Source: Alkalilimnicola ehrlichii MLHE-1
Lineage (GTDB): Bacteria > Pseudomonadota > Gammaproteobacteria > Nitrococcales > Halorhodospiraceae
NCBI RefSeq assembly: GCF_000014785.1
Contig: NC_008340.1
Location: 2,460,001 to 2,492,000 of the forward strand
Length of the DNA: 32,000 nucleotides
Direction of reading: 5' to 3'
Part shown: positions 8,969-18,195 of the stretch, one piece after another
Numbering within the stretch: the stretch's first letter is position 1
How the letters are laid out: the number at the start of each line of letters is the position of its first letter
Position numbers and translations under genes: made by a program
The notes under the pieces: model-generated
Seen by the model: only the letters and a program-made list of their open reading frames with translations
What the model was told of the DNA's origin: nothing
The model's database searches: none

Positions 8969-10195
8969 TTGGACATACCCAACCGGACGATACTGGTTGT
9001 CGATGACGACAAGGATTTCGCCGAAGAAATCGAACAGTTCTTATTAAATTTTGACAGCCAGGTTCAGAAGGCCCATTCCATTAACCAGGCCCGGGCGATA
9101 ACGACACGCCAGGCCTTCGATCTGGTGCTGGTTGATCTCTCGCTTCCCGACGGGGACGGGCTCGATCTGCTCGCCCATCTGGCGCGGGTCGCCGCGCCCG
9201 ACACGGCGGTGGCCTTGATCTCCGGCAGCGACGACGGGCTGCGCCAGGCGGCCACGGACCTGGCGAACGACATGGGTTTGACGGTACTGGGGCATCTATC
9301 GAAGCCGGTGGACCTTCCAGCCTTGCAGGCCCTTTTGGACACCCTGAAGACCGATCGGGGCCACCGCCGCCACCCAACGGTGTCATCCCCCATTCCCGCA
9401 GACGAGCTCGAGAACGCGATCCGGTCCGGGAAGCTGAGGCCCTATTACCAGCCTCAGTTCGACCTAAAGAGCGGGCACCGGGTGGGGTTCGAGGCCTTAT
9501 TGCGCTACCAAAGGAGCCCCGATGACGCGCCGGTTATGCCCGGGCAATTGCGGGAGCACATGGAGGGCCATCGGTTTGCGCAGGCCATCTTCTGGTCAAT
9601 GCTCACCTCCGTCGCCCGCGAGATCAAGCATTTCCGCCTGACAGACACCCCCCAAAAGGTCAGCGTCAATGCGCCGGCGGTCGTTTTCTCCCAGCCCGAT
9701 TTCCCCCAGCGGGTCAAGGCGCATATTGCCGCATTCGGGATAGCACCCCGGCAGATCACCCTGGAGATCACGGAGAACGACCCGGATCTGTCCCTGGACT
9801 GCCGGACCAGCATCATCCGGACCCGCCTCCAGGGTTTCGGCCTCTCCCTGGACGATTTCGGCACCGGTTACGCCAGTTTCGAGCGCGCCGAGGCCCTGCC
9901 CATTACCGAGATCAAGATGGATCGGACCCTGCTCAAGGCGACGGAGACCGATCGCGGCCAGAATGACATCCTCAGGAGCATCGCCCGGTTCTTCAATGGC
10001 CGAGGGATCACCACCGTGATGGAGGGCATCGAAAACCGAGCCCTGCTCGCCACCGCCCGCTCATTGGGATTCACCGTCGGCCAGGGCTACGGACTGGGCC
10101 TGCCGGAACCGGCGGAAACGGCCTTCAAAAAACACTACACTACTCAGGGTCTAGCATCGGATCCTGACGCTGCCGGCGGGCAGCCGGAGCGGTAA
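8969..10195 (+). CDS. Response regulator with EAL (c-di-GMP phosphodiesterase-type) output domain
   Basis: REC: ILVVDDDKDFAEEI...DLVLVDLSLPDGDG...LGHLSKPVD. EAL: YYQPQFDLKSGHRVGFEALLRYQ, QITLEITEND, LSLDDFGTGYASF, EIKMDRTLL, VMEGIEN, GQGYGLGLP. Confidence 0.93.
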   Translation: MDIPNRTILVVDDDKDFAEEIEQFLLNFDSQVQKAHSINQARAITTRQAFDLVLVDLSLPDGDGLDLLAHLARVAAPDTAVALISGSDDGLRQAATDLANDMGLTVLGHLSKPVDLPALQALLDTLKTDRGHRRHPTVSSPIPADELENAIRSGKLRPYYQPQFDLKSGHRVGFEALLRYQRSPDDAPVMPGQLREHMEGHRFAQAIFWSMLTSVAREIKHFRLTDTPQKVSVNAPAVVFSQPDFPQRVKAHIAAFGIAPRQITLEITENDPDLSLDCRTSIIRTRLQGFGLSLDDFGTGYASFERAEALPITEIKMDRTLLKATETDRGQNDILRSIARFFNGRGITTVMEGIENRALLATARSLGFTVGQGYGLGLPEPAETAFKKHYTTQGLASDPDAAGGQPER

Positions 10196-10212
10196 CGTGG
10201 CAGCATAACCCC

Positions 10213-11223
10213 ATGACCCCAACAACGCAGAGCCAGAGCGGGCAGGACGGGCGCCCGGTGCGGTATCGCGTGCGCGCCATCGACCTCATGGTGGGCCATA
10301 CCCTCCCCTACGCGGTCTATGACGATCACGGCCGATTGCTGATGGCCAAGGGCGCGACCCTGGCCAATCACCACCAGCGGCGCAAGCTGCTGGCCCTGGG
10401 GTTCACCGACACCAAGCCGCCCAAGCTGGACCTGACCAAGTCCAACACCCGCAGCGACCGTCGCCGGCAGCAGCAACAGGCGCTGGACATCCGGGTCGAG
10501 AGCCTGCTGTTCGGGGTCGGCCGGCTGAGGCGCGACGATGCCCTGGAGACCGAGCCGCTGGCCACCCTCGCTCACCGCATTGCCGAACTGGCCACCGAAA
10601 GCCTGGACACCGCGCTGGCCCTCGCCCATTTGCCCCTGGACTGGCCCCACCCCCTGGCACTGGGGTTCCGCTCGGCCCTGCTGACGGCAGGGATGTTGCA
10701 GGCCGGGGACGAGCCGACGGAGACCGCCAACGCGGCGGTGGCCGCCTGCCTGGCCGTGCCGCTCCATCCAGAGGCGGGGCCGGCCCGGCTGGAACCGCTC
10801 CCTCACCGCCTGACCGCCGCCATCCGGGTGACCGGTGCCTACCTGGGGCAGGTCTGCCCCCCGTCCGGGCAGCCGGTGGTCACCCCCATCGACGCCCTGC
10901 GCGATCTGCGCGGCAGCCGTGAGACCGATGAGGAGCAGGCCGCCGTGGAGCGGCTGCTCGCCCTGTTGACGCCCTTCCCCCCGGGCTCCTACGTCCGCGT
11001 GCGCGATCAGGGCATCGGCGTGGTGGTGCAACTCACCGCCTCGCCCGCCGAGCCGATCACCCTGCTGTTTGCCGACGGGGCCGGGCGCCGGCTGCGCAAG
11101 CCCCGGCTGCTGGTGGTGGACAAAATGACATCACCCATCGACAAGGCGGTCAGTCCGGAACGGGTGGCGGTGGCCCTGGACCCCCGCGACCTCTACCAAT
11201 ACACCTACCACCTGGATGACTGA
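10213..11223 (+). CDS. HD-GYP-related protein lacking recognisable HD and GYP motifs
   Basis: N-terminal LMVGHTLPYAVYDDHGRLLMAKGATLA and C-terminal LLTPFPPGSYVRVRDQGIGVVV resemble regions flanking the HD-GYP core. No HD, HDxGK, HHE or GYP motif was found between them. Confidence 0.55.
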   Translation: MTPTTQSQSGQDGRPVRYRVRAIDLMVGHTLPYAVYDDHGRLLMAKGATLANHHQRRKLLALGFTDTKPPKLDLTKSNTRSDRRRQQQQALDIRVESLLFGVGRLRRDDALETEPLATLAHRIAELATESLDTALALAHLPLDWPHPLALGFRSALLTAGMLQAGDEPTETANAAVAACLAVPLHPEAGPARLEPLPHRLTAAIRVTGAYLGQVCPPSGQPVVTPIDALRDLRGSRETDEEQAAVERLLALLTPFPPGSYVRVRDQGIGVVVQLTASPAEPITLLFADGAGRRLRKPRLLVVDKMTSPIDKAVSPERVAVALDPRDLYQYTYHLDD

Positions 11224-11255
11224 GCGGCCGGCCGCGCCACCCCATCTCCCTTGGA

Positions 11256-11960
11256 TCAATCCCGGCAGAACGGCCCGAACTGGTAGAACCGGCGGCAGCG
11301 GAACTCCGACTCACAGCCCGCCAACTGGGTGCGATAGCGTTGAGCACGCTGGGCCACCTGCCGCGCCACCCGCTGCACCTGCGGCTTGCCTTGGTAGGTC
11401 CCGCGCCGGTAGCCGGTGGGCCCCTCGTGGTAGGCGAGGTAGAGGTGCTCCGGATTGTGCAGCGAGATCCCCAGCCGCTCATGGCTGCGGCGGTTATACC
11501 AGCCGATGAAGTCGGTGGCGTGCTTCATGTGGCTGCGCCGCGCCATCAGGCTGCCGGCGTCCTCGCGGTATTCGCCCCAGACCGGATCCTGGGCCTGGGC
11601 ATAGCCGTAGGCCGACGACGGCCGGCGCCAGGGGATAAACCCGAGCAGCCGCTGCCGGGGCGGGCGCACATGGCTGCGGAAGGAGGACTCCTGGTGGATG
11701 AAGGCCATCTGTGTGGCGATGGGGGTGCCCCACTGTTCCTGCGAGGCGCGGGCGTAGTCATACCAGCGGGGCTGCTCGCGGAAAATCTCGCAGAGATCGC
11801 TCTGATCCGCCGGCGGTGACGGAGCCAGGGTGGTGCAGCCACTGGTCGCGATGGCCAGCAGCGCCAGCAGTGCCGCACGGCGGGCCCATCCCTCTGCGGC
11901 CCGGACCGACCGGCCTTTCCCTGTCCCGCCCCTACTATGCGTTATCCTGACCCGCTCCAT
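11256..11960 (-). CDS. Lipoprotein with transglycosylase SLT-like domain
   Basis: Lipobox-like LLAIATSGC; QMAFIHQESSFRSHVRPP...SSAYGYAQAQDPVWGEY matches the lytic-transglycosylase E-S-S-F/SAYGYAQ pattern. Confidence 0.85.
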   Translation of the reverse strand: MERVRITHSRGGTGKGRSVRAAEGWARRAALLALLAIATSGCTTLAPSPPADQSDLCEIFREQPRWYDYARASQEQWGTPIATQMAFIHQESSFRSHVRPPRQRLLGFIPWRRPSSAYGYAQAQDPVWGEYREDAGSLMARRSHMKHATDFIGWYNRRSHERLGISLHNPEHLYLAYHEGPTGYRRGTYQGKPQVQRVARQVAQRAQRYRTQLAGCESEFRCRRFYQFGPFCRD

Positions 11961-11986
11961 ACCGCAGATGATGCAACGTTGGTGAT

Positions 11987-12601
11987 GTGAGGTCCATGCC
12001 CGAGAACACCTACCCCACCCCCGCCCGGACCCTGGAGCACGAGCTGGAGGTCAAGAAGAGCCGCTTCATCGCCCGCGCCGGGCGGGTGGAGAGCCGCGAG
12101 CAGGCCCTGGCCTTCGTGGACCGGGCGATGACTGACTTCCCTGACGCCCGCCACCACTGCTGGGCCTATCTGATCGGCGACCCGGCGTCCGCCACCACGG
12201 CCGCCATGAGCGATGCGGGCGAGCCGTCGGGCACCGCTGGCAAGCCTATCCTGAATGTCATTCAGCACAAGCGGATCGGTGATGTGATCGTGGTGGTGAT
12301 CCGCTATTTCGGCGGCATCAAGCTGGGGGCCGGCGGCTTGGTGCGGGCCTACGCCGGGGCCACCCAAAAGGTGCTCGCCGAGCTGCCGCTGGCCGCCCAC
12401 GAACCGCACACCCGCTGCCGGTTGGCCTTGGATTTCGCCCAGGAACAGCCCCTGCGTCACTGGGCCGCACAGCACCAGGCGACCGTAGAGGCGGTAGCCT
12501 ATGGCGAGGGCGTCACCCTCACCCTCCGCCTGCCCGAGGGGGCGGTAGCGGCGCTGCGCCAGTTCGCCCAGGCCCGCGGTATCCGCCTGGAGACCGACTG
12601 A
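11987..12601 (+). CDS. yigZ: YigZ family protein (IMPACT-like)
   Basis: EVKKSRFIARAGRV...DARHHCWAYLIGD...AMSDAGEPSGTAGKPIL...IGDVIVVVIRYFGGIKLGAGGLVRAYAGA is the family signature. The initiator may be the second Met. Confidence 0.93.
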   Translation: MRSMPENTYPTPARTLEHELEVKKSRFIARAGRVESREQALAFVDRAMTDFPDARHHCWAYLIGDPASATTAAMSDAGEPSGTAGKPILNVIQHKRIGDVIVVVIRYFGGIKLGAGGLVRAYAGATQKVLAELPLAAHEPHTRCRLALDFAQEQPLRHWAAQHQATVEAVAYGEGVTLTLRLPEGAVAALRQFAQARGIRLETD

Positions 12602-12726
12602 CCGGCTCAAGCCGCTACCGAGTGCAGGGCCGGCCCGGCGGGCTATCCTTCCAGGAAACGGCCGGGGCCGTCATTGCGCGCCACCGGCCCGGTCCGCCCA
12701 CCACGTCCAGGGAGGGAGTCCCCCCC

Positions 12727-13713
12727 ATGAGTCACGACTTTGTGGTCTGCGTCATCAACACCCGTGTCCGCAGCGGCAAGCGGGTCTTCGGCCGCGCGCC
12801 GGGGCCCACCCGGTTCCTGCTCGTCCCCGATGGCGAGGTGCAGCAACCCGCGCACACCGTGCCCCGCGCCGAGTGGGTGGAGGCGGTCATGGCCGCCGGC
12901 ACCACCGGCAGGGACCCCATGTCCGACAACCCCACCGGCAACGTCCTGGTCTTCATCCACGGCTACAACAACAGCCAGGAGATCGTCATCAAGCGCCACC
13001 GCAAGCTCAAGGCGACGCTGCACGCGGCCGGCTACCGGGGCACCGTGGTCAGCTTCGACTGGCCCAGCGCCGAGGCCACGCTGCTCTACATGCGCGACCG
13101 CCGCTACGCCAAGCACACCGCGGAGCGGCTCACCGACGACTGCATCAGCCTGTTCTCGACACGCCAGGCGCGCGGCTGTGACCTGAATGTCCACCTGCTG
13201 GGCCACTCCACCGGCGCCTACGTCATCCGCCACGCCTTCGCCGACGCCGACGAGGTCGCCGAGATCAAGAACCGCCCCTGGAAGGTCAGCCAGATCGCTC
13301 TCATCGGTGCCGATGTCTCCAGCAGTTCCCTGGCCGCCGATGACTCGCGCTTCGTCTCCGTCTACCGCCACTGCTCCCGGCTCACCAACTACCAGAGCGG
13401 CCACGATGGCGTGCTGCGCGTCTCCAACGCCAAGCGCATCGGCCTGCGCGCCCGCGCCGGCCGGGTCGGCCTGCCCGACAACGCCCACCGCAAGGCGGTG
13501 AACGTGGACTGCAGCCCCTACTTCGCCGGCATCGACCCGGACAGCCGCACCCCCGGCGAGGACTACTTCGGCAACTTCGCCCACTCCTGGCACATCGGCG
13601 ACCCGCTGTTCGCCCGCGACCTCTGCCACACCCTGCACGGCGAACTGGACCGCCACTCCATCCCCACCCGGCGCGAGGAGGACGACCGGCTGTACCTGCA
13701 CGACCCCGGCTGA
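12727..13713 (+). CDS. Alpha/beta hydrolase, DUF900-like esterase
   Basis: MSHDFVVCVINTRV..., NVLVFIHGYNNSQE, VSFDWPS, nucleophile-elbow-like LLGHSTGAY, IALIGADV. Start chosen at the internal ATG 12727 of the longer ORF. Confidence 0.85.
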   Translation: MSHDFVVCVINTRVRSGKRVFGRAPGPTRFLLVPDGEVQQPAHTVPRAEWVEAVMAAGTTGRDPMSDNPTGNVLVFIHGYNNSQEIVIKRHRKLKATLHAAGYRGTVVSFDWPSAEATLLYMRDRRYAKHTAERLTDDCISLFSTRQARGCDLNVHLLGHSTGAYVIRHAFADADEVAEIKNRPWKVSQIALIGADVSSSSLAADDSRFVSVYRHCSRLTNYQSGHDGVLRVSNAKRIGLRARAGRVGLPDNAHRKAVNVDCSPYFAGIDPDSRTPGEDYFGNFAHSWHIGDPLFARDLCHTLHGELDRHSIPTRREEDDRLYLHDPG

Positions 13714-13744
13714 CCCCCGGGCCGCACGGCGCCGCGCCGATGGC

Positions 13745-14776
13745 CTAGCGGTGCAGCCAGCAGGCCGAGTAATGCCCCCGCCGGGGCTCGAAGTCGTGGG
13801 GCTCCTCCACGTCGCAGAGCCCGGCCATGGCGTGCGGGCAGCGGGGGTGAAAACGGCACCCCGGCGGCGGACTGGCCAGGCTGGGGGCCTCGCCGGCCGG
13901 CACCGGGCGCTCCTCGGCGGCGTTGTCCGGGTCCGGGTCGGCGATGGCGTTGAGCAGGGCCTGGGTGTAGGGGTGCTGCGGGTGATCCAGCAGCTCGTCC
14001 ACCGCCGCCTGCTCCACCACCCGGCCGCCATACATCACGAAGATGCGCTCGGCGAAATGGCGCACGGTGGACAGGTCGTGGGTGATGAAGGCCAGGGTGA
14101 GGCCGCGCTCGGTCTGCACCTGGCGCAGCAGGCGCAGGATCTCCACCCGCACCGAGGCGTCCAGCATGGAGACCGGCTCGTCGGCGATCACCAGCGCCGG
14201 GGCCAGCACCAGCGCCCGGGCGATCACCACGCGCTGCTGCTGCCCGCCGCTGAGCTGGTGGGGGAACTTGCCCAGATAGGCCTCCGGCGGCGACAGGCGC
14301 ACCTCCTCCAACGCCGCCCTTACCCGGCGACGGCGCTCGACCCGGTCGCGCACCCCGTGCACGATCAACGGCTCCTCCAGGATGCGGCCCACGTCCATGA
14401 AGGGGGGCAGCGCGCCATACGGGTCCTGCTGCACGTAGCCCACCCGAGCCCGGTAGGACGTCAACCCGGCTTTATCCAGCGCCTCCAGATGCCGCCCCTC
14501 GAACACCACCTCCCCCCGGGTGGGGCGGTGCAACCCCAGCAGGGTGCGGGCCAGGGAGCTCTTGCCGCAGCCGCTCTCGCCCACGAAGGCCACCGCCTCG
14601 CCCCGGCGCAGGGCGAAGCTCACCCCGTCCACCGCGCGCACATGGCCCACCCGCAGGAAGCCCCACTGGCGCAGTTCGAACCAGGTGTGCAGGTCGCGGG
14701 CCTCCAGCAGGGTCTCCCCCGCACCCGCTCGCCGCCGGTCGGGCGGCGATGGCACGGCATTCGCGGTCCGGCTCAT
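13745..14776 (-). CDS. Oligopeptide/dipeptide ABC transporter ATPase (OppF/DppF type)
   Basis: MSRTANAV...VGESGCGKSSLARTLLGL, LSGGQQQRVVIARALVLAPALVIADEPVSMLD, CRFHPRCPHAM Cys motif. Start at 14776 (ATGA overlap with upstream gene); the reported ORF extends further upstream. Confidence 0.93.
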   Translation of the reverse strand: MSRTANAVPSPPDRRRAGAGETLLEARDLHTWFELRQWGFLRVGHVRAVDGVSFALRRGEAVAFVGESGCGKSSLARTLLGLHRPTRGEVVFEGRHLEALDKAGLTSYRARVGYVQQDPYGALPPFMDVGRILEEPLIVHGVRDRVERRRRVRAALEEVRLSPPEAYLGKFPHQLSGGQQQRVVIARALVLAPALVIADEPVSMLDASVRVEILRLLRQVQTERGLTLAFITHDLSTVRHFAERIFVMYGGRVVEQAAVDELLDHPQHPYTQALLNAIADPDPDNAAEERPVPAGEAPSLASPPPGCRFHPRCPHAMAGLCDVEEPHDFEPRRGHYSACWLHR

Positions 14777-15738
14777 CGGCGGCCTCCATAAAGCCAGCAA
14801 CGCACGTGGTGACGTTCGCCCAACCGCTGCGGTGGCGGATCCTCGGCACAGCGTCCGAAGCGGTGGGGGCAGCGGTCCGCGTAGCGGCACCCCGCAGGGG
14901 GTGCGAGCAGGTCCGGCGGCTGGCCGGGGATATGCACCGGCGCCTCGGTCTGGTGGAGCCGCGGCACACTGGCCATCAGCATCTGCGAGTAGGGGTGGGC
15001 CGGTTCGGTGAAGAAGCGGCGGGCATCGGCGTATTCGACCACCTGGCCGGCGTACATCAGGGCCACCCGGTCGGCCAGTTCGCTGGAGGTGGCCACGTCG
15101 TGGGTGATCAGGATGAAGCTGGTGTCCTGCTCGCGCTTGATGCGCTTGAGCACATTCATGATGCTGGCCTGGGTGAGCACGTCCAGGGCCGAGGTGGGTT
15201 CGTCCAGAATGACCAGATCCGGCTCGGTGATCAGCGCCATGGCCAGCACCGCCCGCTGGCGCATGCCGCCGGAAAGCTCGAAAGGATAGCGGGTGAGAAA
15301 ATCGGTGGCCACCCCCACCCGCTGGAAGACCTCGGCCGCCTTGCCCATGGCCTTCTTCCGCGACCAGCCCCGGTGCACCACGAGCGGCTCGGCCACCTGT
15401 TCCCCCACCCGCACCACCGGGTTGAGGGCGTTCATGGCCGCCTGCATCACCATGGCGATGCGCAGCCACTGCACCTCGCGCCGGAAGCGCTCCACCGGCA
15501 GCGCCATCACGTCCGTATCGCCCAGCCACACCCGGCCGGTATGGCTGTGCACGTTGCGCGGCAGGATGCGTAGCAGGGCCTTGGCCAACGAGCTCTTGCC
15601 GCAACCGCTCTCCCCCAGCACCACCACCGCCTCGCCCCGGCGCAGGTCGAAACTGACCCCGTCCACCGCCTGCACCACCCCGCGCTCGGTGCGGTAGGCC
15701 AGGCGAAGGTCTTCCACGCGCAGCAGGGTCTCGGTCAT
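14773..15738 (-). CDS. Oligopeptide/dipeptide ABC transporter ATPase (OppD/DppD type)
   Basis: VLGESGCGKSSLAKALL, LSGGMRQRAVLAMALITEPDLVILDEPTSALD, C-terminal CRYADRCPHRFGRC. Confidence 0.94.
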   Translation of the reverse strand: MTETLLRVEDLRLAYRTERGVVQAVDGVSFDLRRGEAVVVLGESGCGKSSLAKALLRILPRNVHSHTGRVWLGDTDVMALPVERFRREVQWLRIAMVMQAAMNALNPVVRVGEQVAEPLVVHRGWSRKKAMGKAAEVFQRVGVATDFLTRYPFELSGGMRQRAVLAMALITEPDLVILDEPTSALDVLTQASIMNVLKRIKREQDTSFILITHDVATSSELADRVALMYAGQVVEYADARRFFTEPAHPYSQMLMASVPRLHQTEAPVHIPGQPPDLLAPPAGCRYADRCPHRFGRCAEDPPPQRLGERHHVRCWLYGGRR

Positions 15739-15742
15739 AGTG

Positions 15743-17080
15743 CTAGAGGTTCCTCAGTCGCGGGTTGAAGACCCGGTCCAGGGCAAAGCCGAGCATGGCG
15801 AAACCCAGCCCGGTGAGCATGAGCAGGAAGGCGGGGGAGAGCACCCAGTAGTAGAAGCCGTTGTACAACGCACTCTGCTCCTGGGCGTCGTTGAGCACCT
15901 TGCCCCAAGTGGGCAGCACCGGGTCGCCCAGCCCCAGCACCGCCAGCGAGGCCTCCAGGAAGACGAAGGTGGGGATCAGGGTGACGAAGGTGGGGATGAG
16001 CACCGGCAGCACCCGGGGCACCATGTAGCGCAGGATGATGCGGGCGTTGCTGGCCCCGTAGGCCTTGGCCGCCTCGATGTAGGGGGCCTCGCGGATGGGC
16101 AGCAGCATGGCCCGGTACATCTTGATGCCGGCACTGAAGATGCCCAGCGCCACCACCACCCCCAGCATCAGCCAGATACTGGTGGAGTAGAGGGTGCCTA
16201 CCATCACCAGGATGGGCAGCATGGGCAGGATCATGTTCACCTCGGTGAGGCGCTGGATCACCGCGTCCACCCAGCCCCGGTACCAGACCCCCATGGCGGC
16301 GATCACCAGGGTGGTGACCGTGGTGCCCACCGCCGCCAGCAGCCCGAAGGCCAGGGCCACCGGGGTGCCCCACATCAGCGCCACCATCAGGTCGCGGCGC
16401 TGGTGGTCGGTGCCGGCCACCCCGTGCACCCGGCCGTAGACCACCAGGTCGGCGTCGAGCCCCGCGTTCTCGTCGAACAGCACCACGTCCAGCAGCAGGG
16501 TATGGGTGCCCTGCAGCACCGCCGGACCGGGGCGATCGGCGGTCTCCGGGTCGAGCATCAGCCCTACGTGGGGGATATGCCCCAGGCGCCGCTCCAGCGC
16601 CCAGTCCTGGGAGATGGAGACCCGCTCCTCCCGCGCCATTCGCCGCCCTCCCAGCACCTCCTCGCGGCCGTCCGGCGCCTGCCAGATCAGGCGCACGAAG
16701 GGCGCCCGGGCCTGCTCCTCCGCGGTCAGGAAGAGGTTGATCTCGCTGGGAAAGGCACTGCTCTGGTAATCGAAGCTGAGGGGAATCTGCAGCCGACGAC
16801 CACCGGGGAAGGGCTCCGCCTCCGGCGTGACATCGGCGCTGGAGATGATCTGCGTCTCCGGCAGATCGCCGCCGCGCAACCTGTCCGTCCAGACCGGCGA
16901 GGCATTGACCGGGTGCATCCGCCACTGCTCGCCGCCCCGCCACAGGTCCAAGGCCTGGCTGTAGGGGATGGCCACCACGGTGTAGACCGCCAACCCGATC
17001 AAAAAAAGGATCAGCGCCGTGCCCAACACCGCCGAGGGGTAGCGGCGCAGCTGCTTCAGCCCCTCCAGCCAGCGCCTCAT
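15743..17080 (-). CDS. ABC transporter permease (OppC/DppC type) with large periplasmic insertion
   Basis: C-terminal half has EAAKAYGASNARIILRYMVPRVLPVLIPTF, the EAA motif. About 180 aa of hydrophilic sequence separates the first TM helix from the remaining TM helices. Confidence 0.92.
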   Translation of the reverse strand: MRRWLEGLKQLRRYPSAVLGTALILFLIGLAVYTVVAIPYSQALDLWRGGEQWRMHPVNASPVWTDRLRGGDLPETQIISSADVTPEAEPFPGGRRLQIPLSFDYQSSAFPSEINLFLTAEEQARAPFVRLIWQAPDGREEVLGGRRMAREERVSISQDWALERRLGHIPHVGLMLDPETADRPGPAVLQGTHTLLLDVVLFDENAGLDADLVVYGRVHGVAGTDHQRRDLMVALMWGTPVALAFGLLAAVGTTVTTLVIAAMGVWYRGWVDAVIQRLTEVNMILPMLPILVMVGTLYSTSIWLMLGVVVALGIFSAGIKMYRAMLLPIREAPYIEAAKAYGASNARIILRYMVPRVLPVLIPTFVTLIPTFVFLEASLAVLGLGDPVLPTWGKVLNDAQEQSALYNGFYYWVLSPAFLLMLTGLGFAMLGFALDRVFNPRLRNL

Positions 17081-18195
17081 CGCCCCCCCTCGATCCGCAC
17101 CCGCGGATCCAGGATGCCGTAGAGGATATCGAGCAGGAAGACGGTGGCCGCCAGCAGGTAGGCGAAGATCACCACGGTGCCGATGATCACCGGCGTGTCC
17201 CGGTGGCCGATGGCCTGGAAGACCAGGGTGCCCAGGCCCGGCCAGTTAAAGACCTGCTCCAGGATGATCGCCCCGCTCCACAGCCCGATGAGCATCAGCA
17301 GAAAGCTGGTGACGATGGGCGAGAGGGTGGGCCGCAGGATGTAACGGCGCTGGATCAGGTATTCCGGCAAGCCCTTGGCCCGGGCCATCTCCACGTAGTC
17401 CTCGCTGGAGTGGATTAGGAAGAAGGTGCGCCAGGAGTAAATGGAGATGAAGATCTGCGACAGGAACATGGCCACCAGCGGCAGCGCCATGTGCCGCACC
17501 ACGCTGGCCAGGTAGTCCAGCCGGCCCTCCGGCGGCGGCGCGGTCACCATGCCGCCGGAGGGCAGCGCCGGCAGCACGAAGGCGAACACCAGGATAAGGA
17601 ACATGCCGTAGAACCAGGCGGGCGCCGCCGAACTGGGCGCCAGCCCCACCACGCTGCGGTCCAGCACGCTGCCGTAGCGCCGGGAGAGGTGCAACGCCAC
17701 CCAGACCGAGGTCAGGAAGATCAGCAGGTTGGCGGTACCAAACAGCAGCAATGTGGCCGGCAAGCGCTCGACGATGATATCGAAGACCTGGCGCGAGCCG
17801 GCATCGCTGTGCATCTGCTCCGCCCGGCCCAGGTCCAGGCGCATGGCGCGGTAGAGGTAGTCGAAGCTGCGCAGGATGAAGGGCTGATCCAGGTTCAGTC
17901 GCTCCACCTCCAGGGCCACCTGGCGCTGGATCAGCTCGTTGCGCTCGGCGCTGCTCATGTCCTGGAAGGCGGGGTCCGCGCGCACCGCCTCGGAGATCTC
18001 ACCGCGGATCTGCACCAGGCGCAGCTCATCCACCTGCCCGCCCATGTTGGCGATAATGATGGTGAGGTAAACCCCCGCCAGCACGGTGAGCAACAGCGCC
18101 AGCAGCCGCTTGCCGGAGAAGATCAGCATGCGCCAGACATCCCGCCAGCGACCGCGGGCCCGCCCCGACGGTTTCAGGGTGGGCCGAAGGCTCAT
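17077..18195 (-). CDS. ABC transporter permease (OppB/DppB type)
   Basis: TM segments and YVEMARAKGLPEYLIQRRYILRPTLSPIVTSFLLML, WPGLGTLVFQAIGHRDTPVIIGTVVIFAYLL. Confidence 0.93.
   Translation of the reverse strand: MSLRPTLKPSGRARGRWRDVWRMLIFSGKRLLALLLTVLAGVYLTIIIANMGGQVDELRLVQIRGEISEAVRADPAFQDMSSAERNELIQRQVALEVERLNLDQPFILRSFDYLYRAMRLDLGRAEQMHSDAGSRQVFDIIVERLPATLLLFGTANLLIFLTSVWVALHLSRRYGSVLDRSVVGLAPSSAAPAWFYGMFLILVFAFVLPALPSGGMVTAPPPEGRLDYLASVVRHMALPLVAMFLSQIFISIYSWRTFFLIHSSEDYVEMARAKGLPEYLIQRRYILRPTLSPIVTSFLLMLIGLWSGAIILEQVFNWPGLGTLVFQAIGHRDTPVIIGTVVIFAYLLAATVFLLDILYGILDPRVRIEGGR

Noticed and set aside
14888-14910. GC-rich hairpin GCACCCC-gcag-GGGGTGC near the end of the OppD-type gene
   Set aside because: It falls in codons for the conserved DLLAPPAGCRYADRCP segment seen in related ATPases, so it is most simply coincidental coding sequence and not another copy of the uvrA palindromic element.
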